Positions 36,464-45,680 of a DNA stretch of 64,000 nucleotides are shown one piece after another. A model generated the notes under the pieces. It was given only the letters and a program-made list of their open reading frames with translations, was not told the origin of the DNA and searched no databases. Source of the stretch: Candidatus Eisenbergiella pullicola. Lineage in GTDB: Bacteria > Bacillota > Clostridia > Lachnospirales > Lachnospiraceae. Both the position numbers and the translations under genes were made by a program. The stretch lies in contig DWZU01000033.1 of assembly GCA_019117385.1 (NCBI GenBank), positions 12,301 to 76,300 on the forward strand, given 5' to 3'. Position 1 is the stretch's first letter. The number at the start of each line of letters is the position of its first letter.

Positions 36464-39013
36464 TCATTTTTGCAAAAGCTTCATCGCCAGATCCACGCTC
36501 CCCACGTTGTATCCGGCGCAGGCGAAAATACCGCGAAGGCCTCCTTTGAGCACCACCAGAAGCGGCAGTTTTTCCGGATCCACGAACATCTCCCGCGCCG
36601 CCATTTCCGCGCGCTTCTCGCAATCGAAGAAAATTTCCACGCCGTCGACGCTGTCCAGCGCTTTCTGAAGAGTGGCGTTCTGGAGCTCGCTCTCCTTTCT
36701 GAGCACAGCGATCATCCGATAACCGCCGGAATTCCACCGTTTTGCAGCCTCCATCATCTCGTTGAGCACATGTTCCGTAGGCTCTTCGCCCACGCCCAAA
36801 AAAGCCAGCACGGTCGGCTTTCCGCTCACCAGCTCTTCCATCGAATGGGTCTCTCCCGAGCCTTCCGCTACCAGAAAATCTTCCAATGGGAAGTCCACGA
36901 GCAGTTCTTCCAGACCGCTCTCCCAGAAGAACATCTCCACCTGTTTTTCCTCGCCGGCATTCAGCGAAAACGCGCGCTCCGCCACGTGTTGATTGCCGTT
37001 GGGAAGCCTTCTGCAAGCCAGCAGCCGATAAATGCCCGGCTCCAGGGAAAGATCCAGTTTCCCTCCCTCTTTAAACTGTGCGCTTCCCAGGTGCAGGGTT
37101 TCATAACCGTCCTCCGCAAGCTTTCCGATGGTCCAGGTCTGGTCATATTTCCATTCCTCCCCGTCCCGAGCGGTCAGAGTGAGGACGGCTGGCGTCTGCG
37201 TCCCGTCAACGCGTTCGGAAGCCTTCGCTCCTTTTGGGGTGACAAAAACGCCGCTCCGGTAATACTGGGGATTCAAACGGGCGGTTTCCACCCGGGCGGC
37301 CAGATTCAGGCTGCGGCAAATCGCCACAAACAGAATCGCCCGGGCGATTTCACTGCCCCTGCCCATCTTCAGGCAGCCCGACGGGGTGGCAAAAATCGTG
37401 CCGTATTCCTCTTCTGCCGCATAATCCACATGTTCCTGTACATAACGCCAGATCTTCTCCGGATCCTGCCGAAACGCTTCCTTTTCTTCTTCCGTAAAAC
37501 GCGCCCGAATTTCGGAACGCCAGGGTTTCAGCTCTTCCTTCCAGATTCTGGGAGAAAGGACGTACTGTTCGAAAATATCCTCCGGCAGATCACCTCTGCT
37601 GCAGTCCAGATGATCCTCCAGCACATCCGCTTTCAAATCCTTGTAATCCTTGACGCTCAGCGCATCCAGCATCCGGCGCCGCAACGGATTTTCATCCCGT
37701 TTCAGAAATTTCAGGATCTCTTCCCCATTCTCTCCGGCAGTGCGCAGCATGGACAACAGCGCCGCATCCGCTTCGTCCGCCTGAGCCGTATAGGCTTCCA
37801 GGGCGCGCGCAAACCGTTTTTCCCGGATCCGCTTCGATTCTTCCTGCCGCCGAAGGCCCGTCTGAACCTGTTGCGCAGTCTCCCTGACCCGGACGGGGCA
37901 AAATTCTTCCGGCGCCCGCAGCTCCCGGCTCACCCATTCGTCCGTCAGCACATCCGGATCATCCGCCCCGATACAAAGCTGCAGCTCTACCGTCGGGCAT
38001 TCGGACGCGCACGCCACGGTTTCGGCGCAAAGCCCGTTTGCGCGCGCCCGAATCCGCAGGTCTCCGCAGCCGGTTTCGGTTTCTACCGTTCCCCGGGCAT
38101 CCGTCAAAAGCTCTGCCGCCGGGAAATATTCCGCCATGTTCAAAATCTCCAGCGTCACCTGCGCTCCCGGAACCGGATTGCCACAGGCATCCTTCACCTC
38201 CACCCGGAGGGGCGCTGTTTTGGTATAGGCTCCCGTCAGATTGTGGTCGAAAACGGCTCCTTCTCTGCCGAGCGCCGCTTCCTGTCCCGCCGCACCGAAA
38301 TCGGAAAAGGTCCGGCTGTGGATCAGAAGGGCACGGCCCGCCGCAGCGGTAAACCAGCCTTTATCCAGCACTTCTTCCGGCTCGCAGGCCCCGAAGAAAT
38401 GCCATTCACCGTTTAAATATACTTCCACCCAGGCGTGGTTGTCGTCACAATGCGCCCAACGGGGCGCATAGACCTGGCGGGCCGGAATTCCCACGCTCCT
38501 GCAGGCGGTTACTGCGAAGGTGGATTCTTCCCCGCAGCGCCCTTTCCCACTCCGATACATGGTCATGGGCGATGCGGTTCGGATGTCCGTGGATTCGTAA
38601 GTGGCGTTTTCTGCGCACCAGTAATTCACTTCCAGCACCGCTTCCTTAAGAGAACGTCCCGCCACCCGGTCTTTGAGCTTCTCATAGAAAAAGGGACGGC
38701 AGTCCGTCAGATCCTCGGAATTGACCCGACAAGCCAGCACATAATGCACGAAAATATCTTCCGGAAGGGCAGCGCACCATTCCATATTTCCCCGAAGCCA
38801 CAGCCCGTGCCGAACGTAGCTTAAAAACAGGGAAAAATCGTATTCCCCTGCGTCCCGCAACGGCATGGTGCCGTACAGATATTTCATCAGGATCGCCTCC
38901 GGAGCGGTGCAGGCCTCAAGGCCTGCGTCCAGTTCCATTTTGATCGGCGAAAGGAACTGTTTCCGTTCCCGATATTTTCTCTCCGCATATTCCTGCAGCT
39001 GTTGAGAGATCAT
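36464..39013 (-). CDS. Transglutaminase-like (papain fold) multidomain protein with PNGase-like active-site motifs
   Basis: GRCGEES...GIPARQV...NHAWVEV...WHFFGACEP; second degenerate TGase-like domain; C-terminal thioredoxin-like segment; no signal peptide. The start could alternatively be 39037. Confidence 0.85.
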   Translation of the reverse strand: MISQQLQEYAERKYRERKQFLSPIKMELDAGLEACTAPEAILMKYLYGTMPLRDAGEYDFSLFLSYVRHGLWLRGNMEWCAALPEDIFVHYVLACRVNSEDLTDCRPFFYEKLKDRVAGRSLKEAVLEVNYWCAENATYESTDIRTASPMTMYRSGKGRCGEESTFAVTACRSVGIPARQVYAPRWAHCDDNHAWVEVYLNGEWHFFGACEPEEVLDKGWFTAAAGRALLIHSRTFSDFGAAGQEAALGREGAVFDHNLTGAYTKTAPLRVEVKDACGNPVPGAQVTLEILNMAEYFPAAELLTDARGTVETETGCGDLRIRARANGLCAETVACASECPTVELQLCIGADDPDVLTDEWVSRELRAPEEFCPVRVRETAQQVQTGLRRQEESKRIREKRFARALEAYTAQADEADAALLSMLRTAGENGEEILKFLKRDENPLRRRMLDALSVKDYKDLKADVLEDHLDCSRGDLPEDIFEQYVLSPRIWKEELKPWRSEIRARFTEEEKEAFRQDPEKIWRYVQEHVDYAAEEEYGTIFATPSGCLKMGRGSEIARAILFVAICRSLNLAARVETARLNPQYYRSGVFVTPKGAKASERVDGTQTPAVLTLTARDGEEWKYDQTWTIGKLAEDGYETLHLGSAQFKEGGKLDLSLEPGIYRLLACRRLPNGNQHVAERAFSLNAGEEKQVEMFFWESGLEELLVDFPLEDFLVAEGSGETHSMEELVSGKPTVLAFLGVGEEPTEHVLNEMMEAAKRWNSGGYRMIAVLRKESELQNATLQKALDSVDGVEIFFDCEKRAEMAAREMFVDPEKLPLLVVLKGGLRGIFACAGYNVGSVDLAMKLLQK

Positions 39014-39033
39014 CTTCTCATCCCTGCCTTTCC

Positions 39034-40056
39034 TCATTCTTCCGCGTCCAGCTTACGGCGCAGGTATTCTGTAAGGGTATGGGTTCCGTCGCTTCTGTAC
39101 TCCCAGTACATGATGCCTCCCATGCCGTTTTCCTGCACATACTTCACCTTGTTGGCCAGGGACTCTTCGTCCTCGTAGCTGATAAAGGTATTCCCGTCAT
39201 AAAGCCAGGGTACCCCGGCCTGTTCGTCCCAGTGGCGGACGAAGCCGTTTTTGTCGATGTAGTTTGCCGTCAGCTCCGTATAGTCCGGCCCGTAACCGCC
39301 AACGGTCTGGGCTTCCATCCCCAGGCCATCGGCGCTGCCCGGCTGTACCCCTTCCCATTTTCTGGAATAGAAGGGAACGCCCAGGATCAGCTTCTCCATG
39401 GGAACGCCGGCCTGATGGAAATTCTGCGTACACTTATGGCCGCAGGCGTCGATCAGATTGCAGCGGCTGTGATAGAGGGCCGCATGGTGGCCCGTAACCT
39501 TCTGGAACCCTCCCTGCAGATCATAGGTCATCAGCTGTACGTAGTCCAGATATTCCGCCGCCTTTCCCATATCCGTCTGCAGAGTGAAATAGCTGTCTCC
39601 GCCGGCCGCTATGGTCACCATTTTCCCGTCTGACCACCCGCCCAGTGCTTCCCGGAGAGCCGCGAGCAACAGGATGAAATTCTCCCCGTCGGAAGGATCC
39701 GAATCGATGCCCGCGATGGAGGTTCCGGGATACTCCCAGTCGATGTCGATCCCGTCCAGGCCGTACTCCTGTACCAGCTCCAGGCCGGTCAGGGCCATTT
39801 TTTTACGCCCTTCTTCGGTTCTGGACGCCAGGGAGAAACCGCCCGCGCTCCAGCCGCCTACGGAAAGCAGGATCTTCAGATCCGGATTCTTCTCCCGCAG
39901 CCGTTTCAGGGCTTCCTTCTTCCCGCTTCCGTCCCAGACGATACAACCGTCCACTACGTGTCCGAAGGCGATATTGATCACATCCAGGGCGCGGATATCC
40001 TCTTCTCTCACGTCCTGTAAGTCCCTCGTCCCCACATAACCGATTAACTTCTTCAT
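39034..40056 (-). CDS. GH18 chitinase/endo-beta-N-acetylglucosaminidase family
   Basis: LSVGGW, intact DGIDIDWEYP (DxxDxDxE), MTYD, GIMYWEY; no signal peptide. Confidence 0.92.
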   Translation of the reverse strand: MKKLIGYVGTRDLQDVREEDIRALDVINIAFGHVVDGCIVWDGSGKKEALKRLREKNPDLKILLSVGGWSAGGFSLASRTEEGRKKMALTGLELVQEYGLDGIDIDWEYPGTSIAGIDSDPSDGENFILLLAALREALGGWSDGKMVTIAAGGDSYFTLQTDMGKAAEYLDYVQLMTYDLQGGFQKVTGHHAALYHSRCNLIDACGHKCTQNFHQAGVPMEKLILGVPFYSRKWEGVQPGSADGLGMEAQTVGGYGPDYTELTANYIDKNGFVRHWDEQAGVPWLYDGNTFISYEDEESLANKVKYVQENGMGGIMYWEYRSDGTHTLTEYLRRKLDAEE

Positions 40057-40072
40057 ATTCTTCTCCTTCTTC

Positions 40073-41506
40073 TCATTTTTCCAGCCGATACACCCGGGCG
40101 ATGGGCGCTGCCTTTTCTTCCCATACGGGCGGCTTCACCGCGATTCCATCGCCACGGCGTTCGAACTCCGCCGCCGCTTCGCTCCCCAACAGGGTCACTT
40201 TCGCTACCGGGCCTTCATAAGGAATCAGAACTTCTTCCGGCACCGTCTGGTTTTCGTCCCCGAACAGCTCCAGAGCATAGACGGTCTCCCCCTTCTTCGT
40301 GAAGGCGATGTTGCCCGCCTGGTAAGGCGCGCACACTCTCGTCCCGTAGATCGCTTCCCCGTATACTTTCAGCCATGCGCCCAGCCCTTTTAAGCTTTCC
40401 ACCGCTCCTTTGGGCAGCCGCCCGTCCGGCTGAGGTCCCACATTGATGGCCAGATTTCCTCCTTTTGCCACGATCCCCGTCAGCAGGCAAACCACTTCTC
40501 TGGGCGACTTATAAGTATCCTCATAGGCGAAGGAAAAAGAAGTTCCCAGGGTGATACAGCTCTCCCACGGAATTCCCAGAGGTTCTTCGGGAACGCACTG
40601 CTCGGGCGTGACGTAATTTTCATAAGGGCCTCCCACAGTCCGATCCGCGCACAGCATACCGGGCTGCCACTTCCGGATCTCCTCGATGACTTCTCCCAGG
40701 CGGATATCCTGCCCGCTCTGAGGGCATACCCAGCCGGCATCGAACCACATGATATCGATTTGCCCATAGTTGCTGGCCAGTTCTTTGATCTGATTTTGGG
40801 TGAAGGTCACGAATTTCTCCCACAATTCAGGCTCTTCCTCCGGCCGGTAGGAAGGCCCTCTCCACATATAGTCCCCCCTGGGAAAGCCCTTCGCCCAATA
40901 GCTGTCCACATGCCAGTCCGCTTTGGAAAAATAAGTCGCGATGCCGATTCCTTTCTTGCGGAAAGATTCGAACAGGTGCGCGCAGATATCCGCGTATTTA
41001 TGCGTATGGAACGGGCAGTCTTCCGCCGTTATCTTATAGTCCGAATACTGGCTGTCCCACATGCAGAAGCCGTCATGATGCTTGGTGGTGAAGACCAGGT
41101 AACGCACGCCTGCCTCTTTTGCGATCTCAGCCCATTGCTCCGGATCGAAACGGATGGGGTTAAAGGTTTTGTTCAGGTCAAAATACTGTTTCTTGAACTC
41201 GCTGCCGCTGGCTTCCCAGTCGATCCCCGTGCGGGACCACTCCGCATCCGCGTCGGAAAGCGCCCAGGACTCCACCACGCCCAGCTGGCAATAAGGGCCC
41301 CAGTGCATCATCAGCGCCAGCTTCTGATCCTGAAACCACTCCAGCTTTTTTAACACCGCCGGATCCTGGGGCCGGACATAGCGATCCGCTGTGCTGTAAT
41401 TGTGGACGCCTTTTTCCACCACTTCTTCCTGCTGCTCCCGGATTTCTTCCGCGGCTCCGTCGGCCGCGCGCTCCTCTTCCTGTCTGATTGCTGTCTCTTC
41501 CATCAT
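40073..41506 (-). CDS. GH29 alpha-L-fucosidase
   Basis: WFQDQKLALMMHWG, TTKHHDGF, MWFDAGW, KGGNLAINVGP. Confidence 0.92.
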   Translation of the reverse strand: MMEETAIRQEEERAADGAAEEIREQQEEVVEKGVHNYSTADRYVRPQDPAVLKKLEWFQDQKLALMMHWGPYCQLGVVESWALSDADAEWSRTGIDWEASGSEFKKQYFDLNKTFNPIRFDPEQWAEIAKEAGVRYLVFTTKHHDGFCMWDSQYSDYKITAEDCPFHTHKYADICAHLFESFRKKGIGIATYFSKADWHVDSYWAKGFPRGDYMWRGPSYRPEEEPELWEKFVTFTQNQIKELASNYGQIDIMWFDAGWVCPQSGQDIRLGEVIEEIRKWQPGMLCADRTVGGPYENYVTPEQCVPEEPLGIPWESCITLGTSFSFAYEDTYKSPREVVCLLTGIVAKGGNLAINVGPQPDGRLPKGAVESLKGLGAWLKVYGEAIYGTRVCAPYQAGNIAFTKKGETVYALELFGDENQTVPEEVLIPYEGPVAKVTLLGSEAAAEFERRGDGIAVKPPVWEEKAAPIARVYRLEK

Positions 41507-41525
41507 AAAAAATCCGTCATCCTTT

Positions 41526-42815
41526 CTAGTCGTTGTTGGTAATGACCTCTCCGTGTCCGAGGTTGTAGGTGATCACGTCTTCCAGCTCCACTTTCAGCAC
41601 TGTTGCGAAGGGATGGATATCCATGTTCTGCGCCCAGATCCACAGCGTGCCCGGAATGCCGCTCCAGGGCAGCGCCCCTGTATAGGAAAACTTCAGTTCC
41701 TGCCCGGTGTGCAACACGGTAACCCGTTTCACCGGCGTCTTGATTCCCTTGACGCACAACGCTTCCTGGGGCTTGTCATACACGAACAGGTATAGCGTCT
41801 TCTGATCCTCCGACAGGGTGCTGCCGCCCAAAAACTGCGCATAGCTGATCCCCTTCCCGGTATCATACACCGCTTCTCTGTGATCCGCAATCCAGCTGCC
41901 GAGATCCAACAGCACTTTTTCCTGGCGTTCGTCCAGGGTTCCGTCCTCTTTGGGGCCCACGTCCAGAAGCATCCGCCCGCCCAGGCTGATGCAGTCGCAG
42001 AACATCCTTATGATCTGCCCGCTGGTCTTGTAATCGTTGTCGCTGGGACGATATCCCCAGGACGTGTTGATGGTGGTGCAGAACTCCCACTCTCCTTTGG
42101 GGCCGTAAAGGGGAATCCCCTGCTCCGGCGTTTCGTAATCCCCGTATCCCTGCATTCTGGAATTGAGCACCACGTCCGGGTTGAGACTGTGCAGGTATTC
42201 CCGGAACTCGGGCATTTTCCACTGGGCGGCGCTCCTCTCCCAGTCCCCGTCAAACCAGAGGAGATCCACCGTTCCATAATTCGTCATCAGCTCCCGGAGC
42301 TGGTTGTTGTTGAATTCCAGAAACTCTTCCCACTTTTGGGGATCTTCCTCCCCTCCTGCCGGAGTCGCGAAAACGTCCTTCAGGCAGTCCTCCTTTTTCG
42401 CCCCTTCCGGATACACGCTCCTGTAGCGGGGATCGGACCAGTCGATGAGGGAAAAATAGATCCCGGTCTTCAGCCCTGCCCGGTGCATCGCCTCCACATA
42501 TCCCCGGATCAGATCCCTGCCCGCAGGCGTCTTCTTCACCACGCTCAGGTCGCTGTATTTCGTGTCGAACAGCGCCACCCCGTCGTGGTGCTTGGACGTC
42601 AGAACCGCGTACTGAGCCCCGGCCTTCACGAACAGATCCGCCCATTTGTCAGGATCGTATCTGGAAGCGGTGAATCCTTCGCACTGCTTCATATAGTCCT
42701 CGTAGGAAATATTTCCGTTGTGGAACGACCAGGATTCCGATACGTCCCCCACCGCATAGATTCCGTAATGCACAAAAATACCGAGTTTTGCGCGCCTGAA
42801 CCATTCCTGCATCAT
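41526..42815 (-). CDS. GH29 alpha-L-fucosidase (second, divergent paralogue)
   Basis: WFRRAKLGIFVHYG, TSKHHDG, LWFDGDW, GGRMLLDVGP. Confidence 0.92.
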   Translation of the reverse strand: MMQEWFRRAKLGIFVHYGIYAVGDVSESWSFHNGNISYEDYMKQCEGFTASRYDPDKWADLFVKAGAQYAVLTSKHHDGVALFDTKYSDLSVVKKTPAGRDLIRGYVEAMHRAGLKTGIYFSLIDWSDPRYRSVYPEGAKKEDCLKDVFATPAGGEEDPQKWEEFLEFNNNQLRELMTNYGTVDLLWFDGDWERSAAQWKMPEFREYLHSLNPDVVLNSRMQGYGDYETPEQGIPLYGPKGEWEFCTTINTSWGYRPSDNDYKTSGQIIRMFCDCISLGGRMLLDVGPKEDGTLDERQEKVLLDLGSWIADHREAVYDTGKGISYAQFLGGSTLSEDQKTLYLFVYDKPQEALCVKGIKTPVKRVTVLHTGQELKFSYTGALPWSGIPGTLWIWAQNMDIHPFATVLKVELEDVITYNLGHGEVITNND

Positions 42816-42884
42816 TTTGCCAGTTTTCCTCCCTGTTTCGCTTTTTCGAAGTCATTCCTCCGGTATGCACAAGTTTGCATCCCG

Positions 42885-42926
42885 AAAAAAAAGGCATATT
42901 ACCGAATCATCCGTAATATGCCTTTT
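42885..42926 (-). terminator. Intrinsic terminator-like stem-loop between the SBP and GH29 genes
   Basis: AAAAGGCATATTAC-N10-GTAATATGCCTTTT with a T8 run on the minus strand. Confidence 0.75.
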
Positions 42927-42984
42927 TGACATCGCCCGTTTTCTCCCGGGCGGCGCCGCTCTCAGGCGGCGCCAGTCATCCTCA

Positions 42985-44616
42985 TTACTCCAGTACGGTC
43001 TCGATGCCGTGTACGCTCAGCCAGTCTTCCAGGCCCAGAGCGTAGTAGCCGTCAACATACGCCTGCCAGGTCGCATCGTCGTCGATGTCGAGCTCGCCGG
43101 ATACGAACATAGCCTGCTGCTGGTTGAAGTAATCCTGAATCGCGGTGGCGATATCGGAATATCTGTCAACCTGATCCAACGGGATCCAGAACTTGGGAAC
43201 AACTTCTTCCGTCAGATAAGGCTCGTAGGTCTCTTCCAGAACCTTCTTCTCGTCATAAACCGGGTTCTCTTCGATGAACTCGAAATCCTTAGGCAGATAC
43301 TTGGGCAGGGACTGAGGCCACAGGTTGCCCCAGCTCAGAGCTTCCTTCTCTTCGTCGGTCATGTCGGACTGCTCCACGTTGATGGCGCGGTAGCCGTCGC
43401 CTTCCTCGAATACGACCGTTCCGACAGGGCCTCTGTTACAGCCGATACCGTTCTCCAGGGAGAACGCGTTGTCGAACCAGCGGCAGATCACTTCGGGGTT
43501 CTCAGCGTTGTCGGTGATGACAGCCTGGGTTCTGTAAACGGAGAAGCCAGTGGTGGCTCTCAGCCAGGTGCCGCCGTTGTCGGTGTTGAGCACGGGCAGA
43601 ACGCCGAATTCGCTCTTCTCCGCCGTCTGAACGATGCCGGAGAACTCGCTGCTGCCGTACGCGATGGAAACGCCGTACAGATCTCTGTTGCCCTTACCTT
43701 CCCAGGTGGAGCTGTCCTGCGTGTACAGCTCTACGTCAACCAGGCCCTCTTCATACAGGCCGTTGAACCAGCTCAGGAATTCGCGGTACTTGTTGCTGAC
43801 AGCGCCGAATACCACTTCGCCGTCCACGATGGCGACGCCTTCGTTATCCATGGGAAGCCCGAACCAGCCGGCCATCGCTTCGATGTGTTTGTTGTTGGGG
43901 TCCGCGGAGAACGGGATCTCGTCGTTGGGGTCGCCGTTTCCGTTGGCATCCTGCGCCTTGAACGCGCGCAGCACTTCCACGAATTCATCCGTGGTGGTGG
44001 GCATATCCAGACCCACGTTCTCCAGCCATCTCTCGTTGATGTAAGGAGAGTAGTTCACGGTGGTATCGCCGCAAACATAAGGGATGGTGTAGATATGTCC
44101 GTCCGGAGCGGTCATCTCTTCCCGCACGCCGGGCAGATCCAAGATCTCGCTGATCCTCGGGCAGTATTCTTCGAAGTAGTCCTCCAGCGGGATGAACACG
44201 CCCTGGTTCACGCCGTAGGTCAGGATCAGGCTGTCGTTTAAGATCCAGCCGCCGACCACGTCAGCATAGTCGCCGGAGTTCAGGGCCAGGTTCAACCTCT
44301 CGGTCGCGGTTTCGTTGGGATAGATCTGCAGTTCAACTTCCACGTTGGTCTGATCCTGCAGGATGGGCATCATTGCGAATTCACCAGTCTGGCTGGAGTC
44401 ATCGCAGAAGATGGAAAAGCTGTAGGTTCCCTCATCAACCAGAGGCAGCCCTTCCGCATACATGACGCCGTTCACCTTTCCGCTTTCGTCCACGGTAGCT
44501 TCTTCCACGGGGGACACATCAGCGGCCGCTTCGTCGCCGCCACCGCCGCCACAGCCCGCCAGCGCGCCGGCACACATGGCGGACGCGAGAAGAAGCGCAA
44601 GCGCTCTCTTTTTCAT
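42985..44616 (-). CDS. Carbohydrate ABC transporter solute-binding lipoprotein
   Basis: Lipobox LAGC; APDGHIYTIP; DANGNGDPNDEIP. Confidence 0.93.
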   Translation of the reverse strand: MKKRALALLLASAMCAGALAGCGGGGGDEAAADVSPVEEATVDESGKVNGVMYAEGLPLVDEGTYSFSIFCDDSSQTGEFAMMPILQDQTNVEVELQIYPNETATERLNLALNSGDYADVVGGWILNDSLILTYGVNQGVFIPLEDYFEEYCPRISEILDLPGVREEMTAPDGHIYTIPYVCGDTTVNYSPYINERWLENVGLDMPTTTDEFVEVLRAFKAQDANGNGDPNDEIPFSADPNNKHIEAMAGWFGLPMDNEGVAIVDGEVVFGAVSNKYREFLSWFNGLYEEGLVDVELYTQDSSTWEGKGNRDLYGVSIAYGSSEFSGIVQTAEKSEFGVLPVLNTDNGGTWLRATTGFSVYRTQAVITDNAENPEVICRWFDNAFSLENGIGCNRGPVGTVVFEEGDGYRAINVEQSDMTDEEKEALSWGNLWPQSLPKYLPKDFEFIEENPVYDEKKVLEETYEPYLTEEVVPKFWIPLDQVDRYSDIATAIQDYFNQQQAMFVSGELDIDDDATWQAYVDGYYALGLEDWLSVHGIETVLE

Positions 44617-44731
44617 AAGTCATTCCTCCTTATAAATTTGTTATATTTATGCACCGGATTCCTTCACGCTCGGAGTGAAAAATCCGCTCCAATAAATATC
44701 TGTCTGTAAATCTCCGTATGTTTCCCGTTTC

Positions 44732-45667
44732 TCAGCCCTTGACGGAACCGATCATGACGCCCTTGACGAAGTGCTTCTGGATGAACGGATAGAGCACCAG
44801 TACGGGCACGCTGCTGATGATGATCAGGGAGTACTTCATAACGTCGATCAGCTCCTGCTTTTCGCGGAGCGCAGCTCTGGCCGCCGCGGACGTGGCCGCC
44901 TGGCTCAGCGCCGCCTCGTTGGTGATCAGGATGTTTCTCAGCACCAGCTGCAGCGGATATTTTTCCGGATCGCTGATATAAATCAGGGCGGAGAAGTAGG
45001 AGTTCCAGTGTCCAACGCCGTAGTACAGCACCAGGATCGCGGTGATGGCGCCGGACAGGGGCAGGGCGATTTTGAAGAAGAACTGGCCCTGGGTACATCC
45101 GTCGATTTCAGCCGCCTCGTACAGCTCCTCGGAGATGTTGGACTGGAAGAAGGTCCGGGCCACGATCATGTTGTAAACGCCCAGACATCCGGGCAGGATC
45201 AGCGCCCAGTATGTATCCAGCATGTGAAGGTTTCTGATAACCAGGTAGGTAGGGATCAGACCGCCGCTGAAGAACATGGTCACCATGTAGAACGCGGTGA
45301 TGATCTTCTTGCCGCCGAACTTGCTGCGGGACAGGGCGTATGCCGTCGGCATGGTCACAGCCAGGTTGACCAGCACGCCGCTGACCGTGATGACGATGGC
45401 GTTGAAGAAGCCCCTCACGACGGAATCGTCGTTGAATACTTCCGCATATCCCTTCAGGGTAAAGCCGATGGGTTTCCAGATAACCTGTCCGGCGGAAACC
45501 GCCTTGGGATCGCTGAAGGAGGAGATGATAACCCAGTACAGCGGATATGCCACGATCAGAAGGATCAGGGTCAGGATGATGAAAATCACCGCATCGAAGA
45601 TCCGGTCCTCCCGGCAGCGTTTGATAACTGTTCCCTTTTCAAATTGATTCTCTTTCTTTTTGCTCAT
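44732..45667 (-). CDS. Carbohydrate ABC transporter permease
   Basis: EAAEIDG loop; [12 protein letters not shown]; start moved to ATG 45667. Confidence 0.92.
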   Translation of the reverse strand: MSKKKENQFEKGTVIKRCREDRIFDAVIFIILTLILLIVAYPLYWVIISSFSDPKAVSAGQVIWKPIGFTLKGYAEVFNDDSVVRGFFNAIVITVSGVLVNLAVTMPTAYALSRSKFGGKKIITAFYMVTMFFSGGLIPTYLVIRNLHMLDTYWALILPGCLGVYNMIVARTFFQSNISEELYEAAEIDGCTQGQFFFKIALPLSGAITAILVLYYGVGHWNSYFSALIYISDPEKYPLQLVLRNILITNEAALSQAATSAAARAALREKQELIDVMKYSLIIISSVPVLVLYPFIQKHFVKGVMIGSVKG

Positions 45668-45680
45668 GCTTCGTTCCCTC

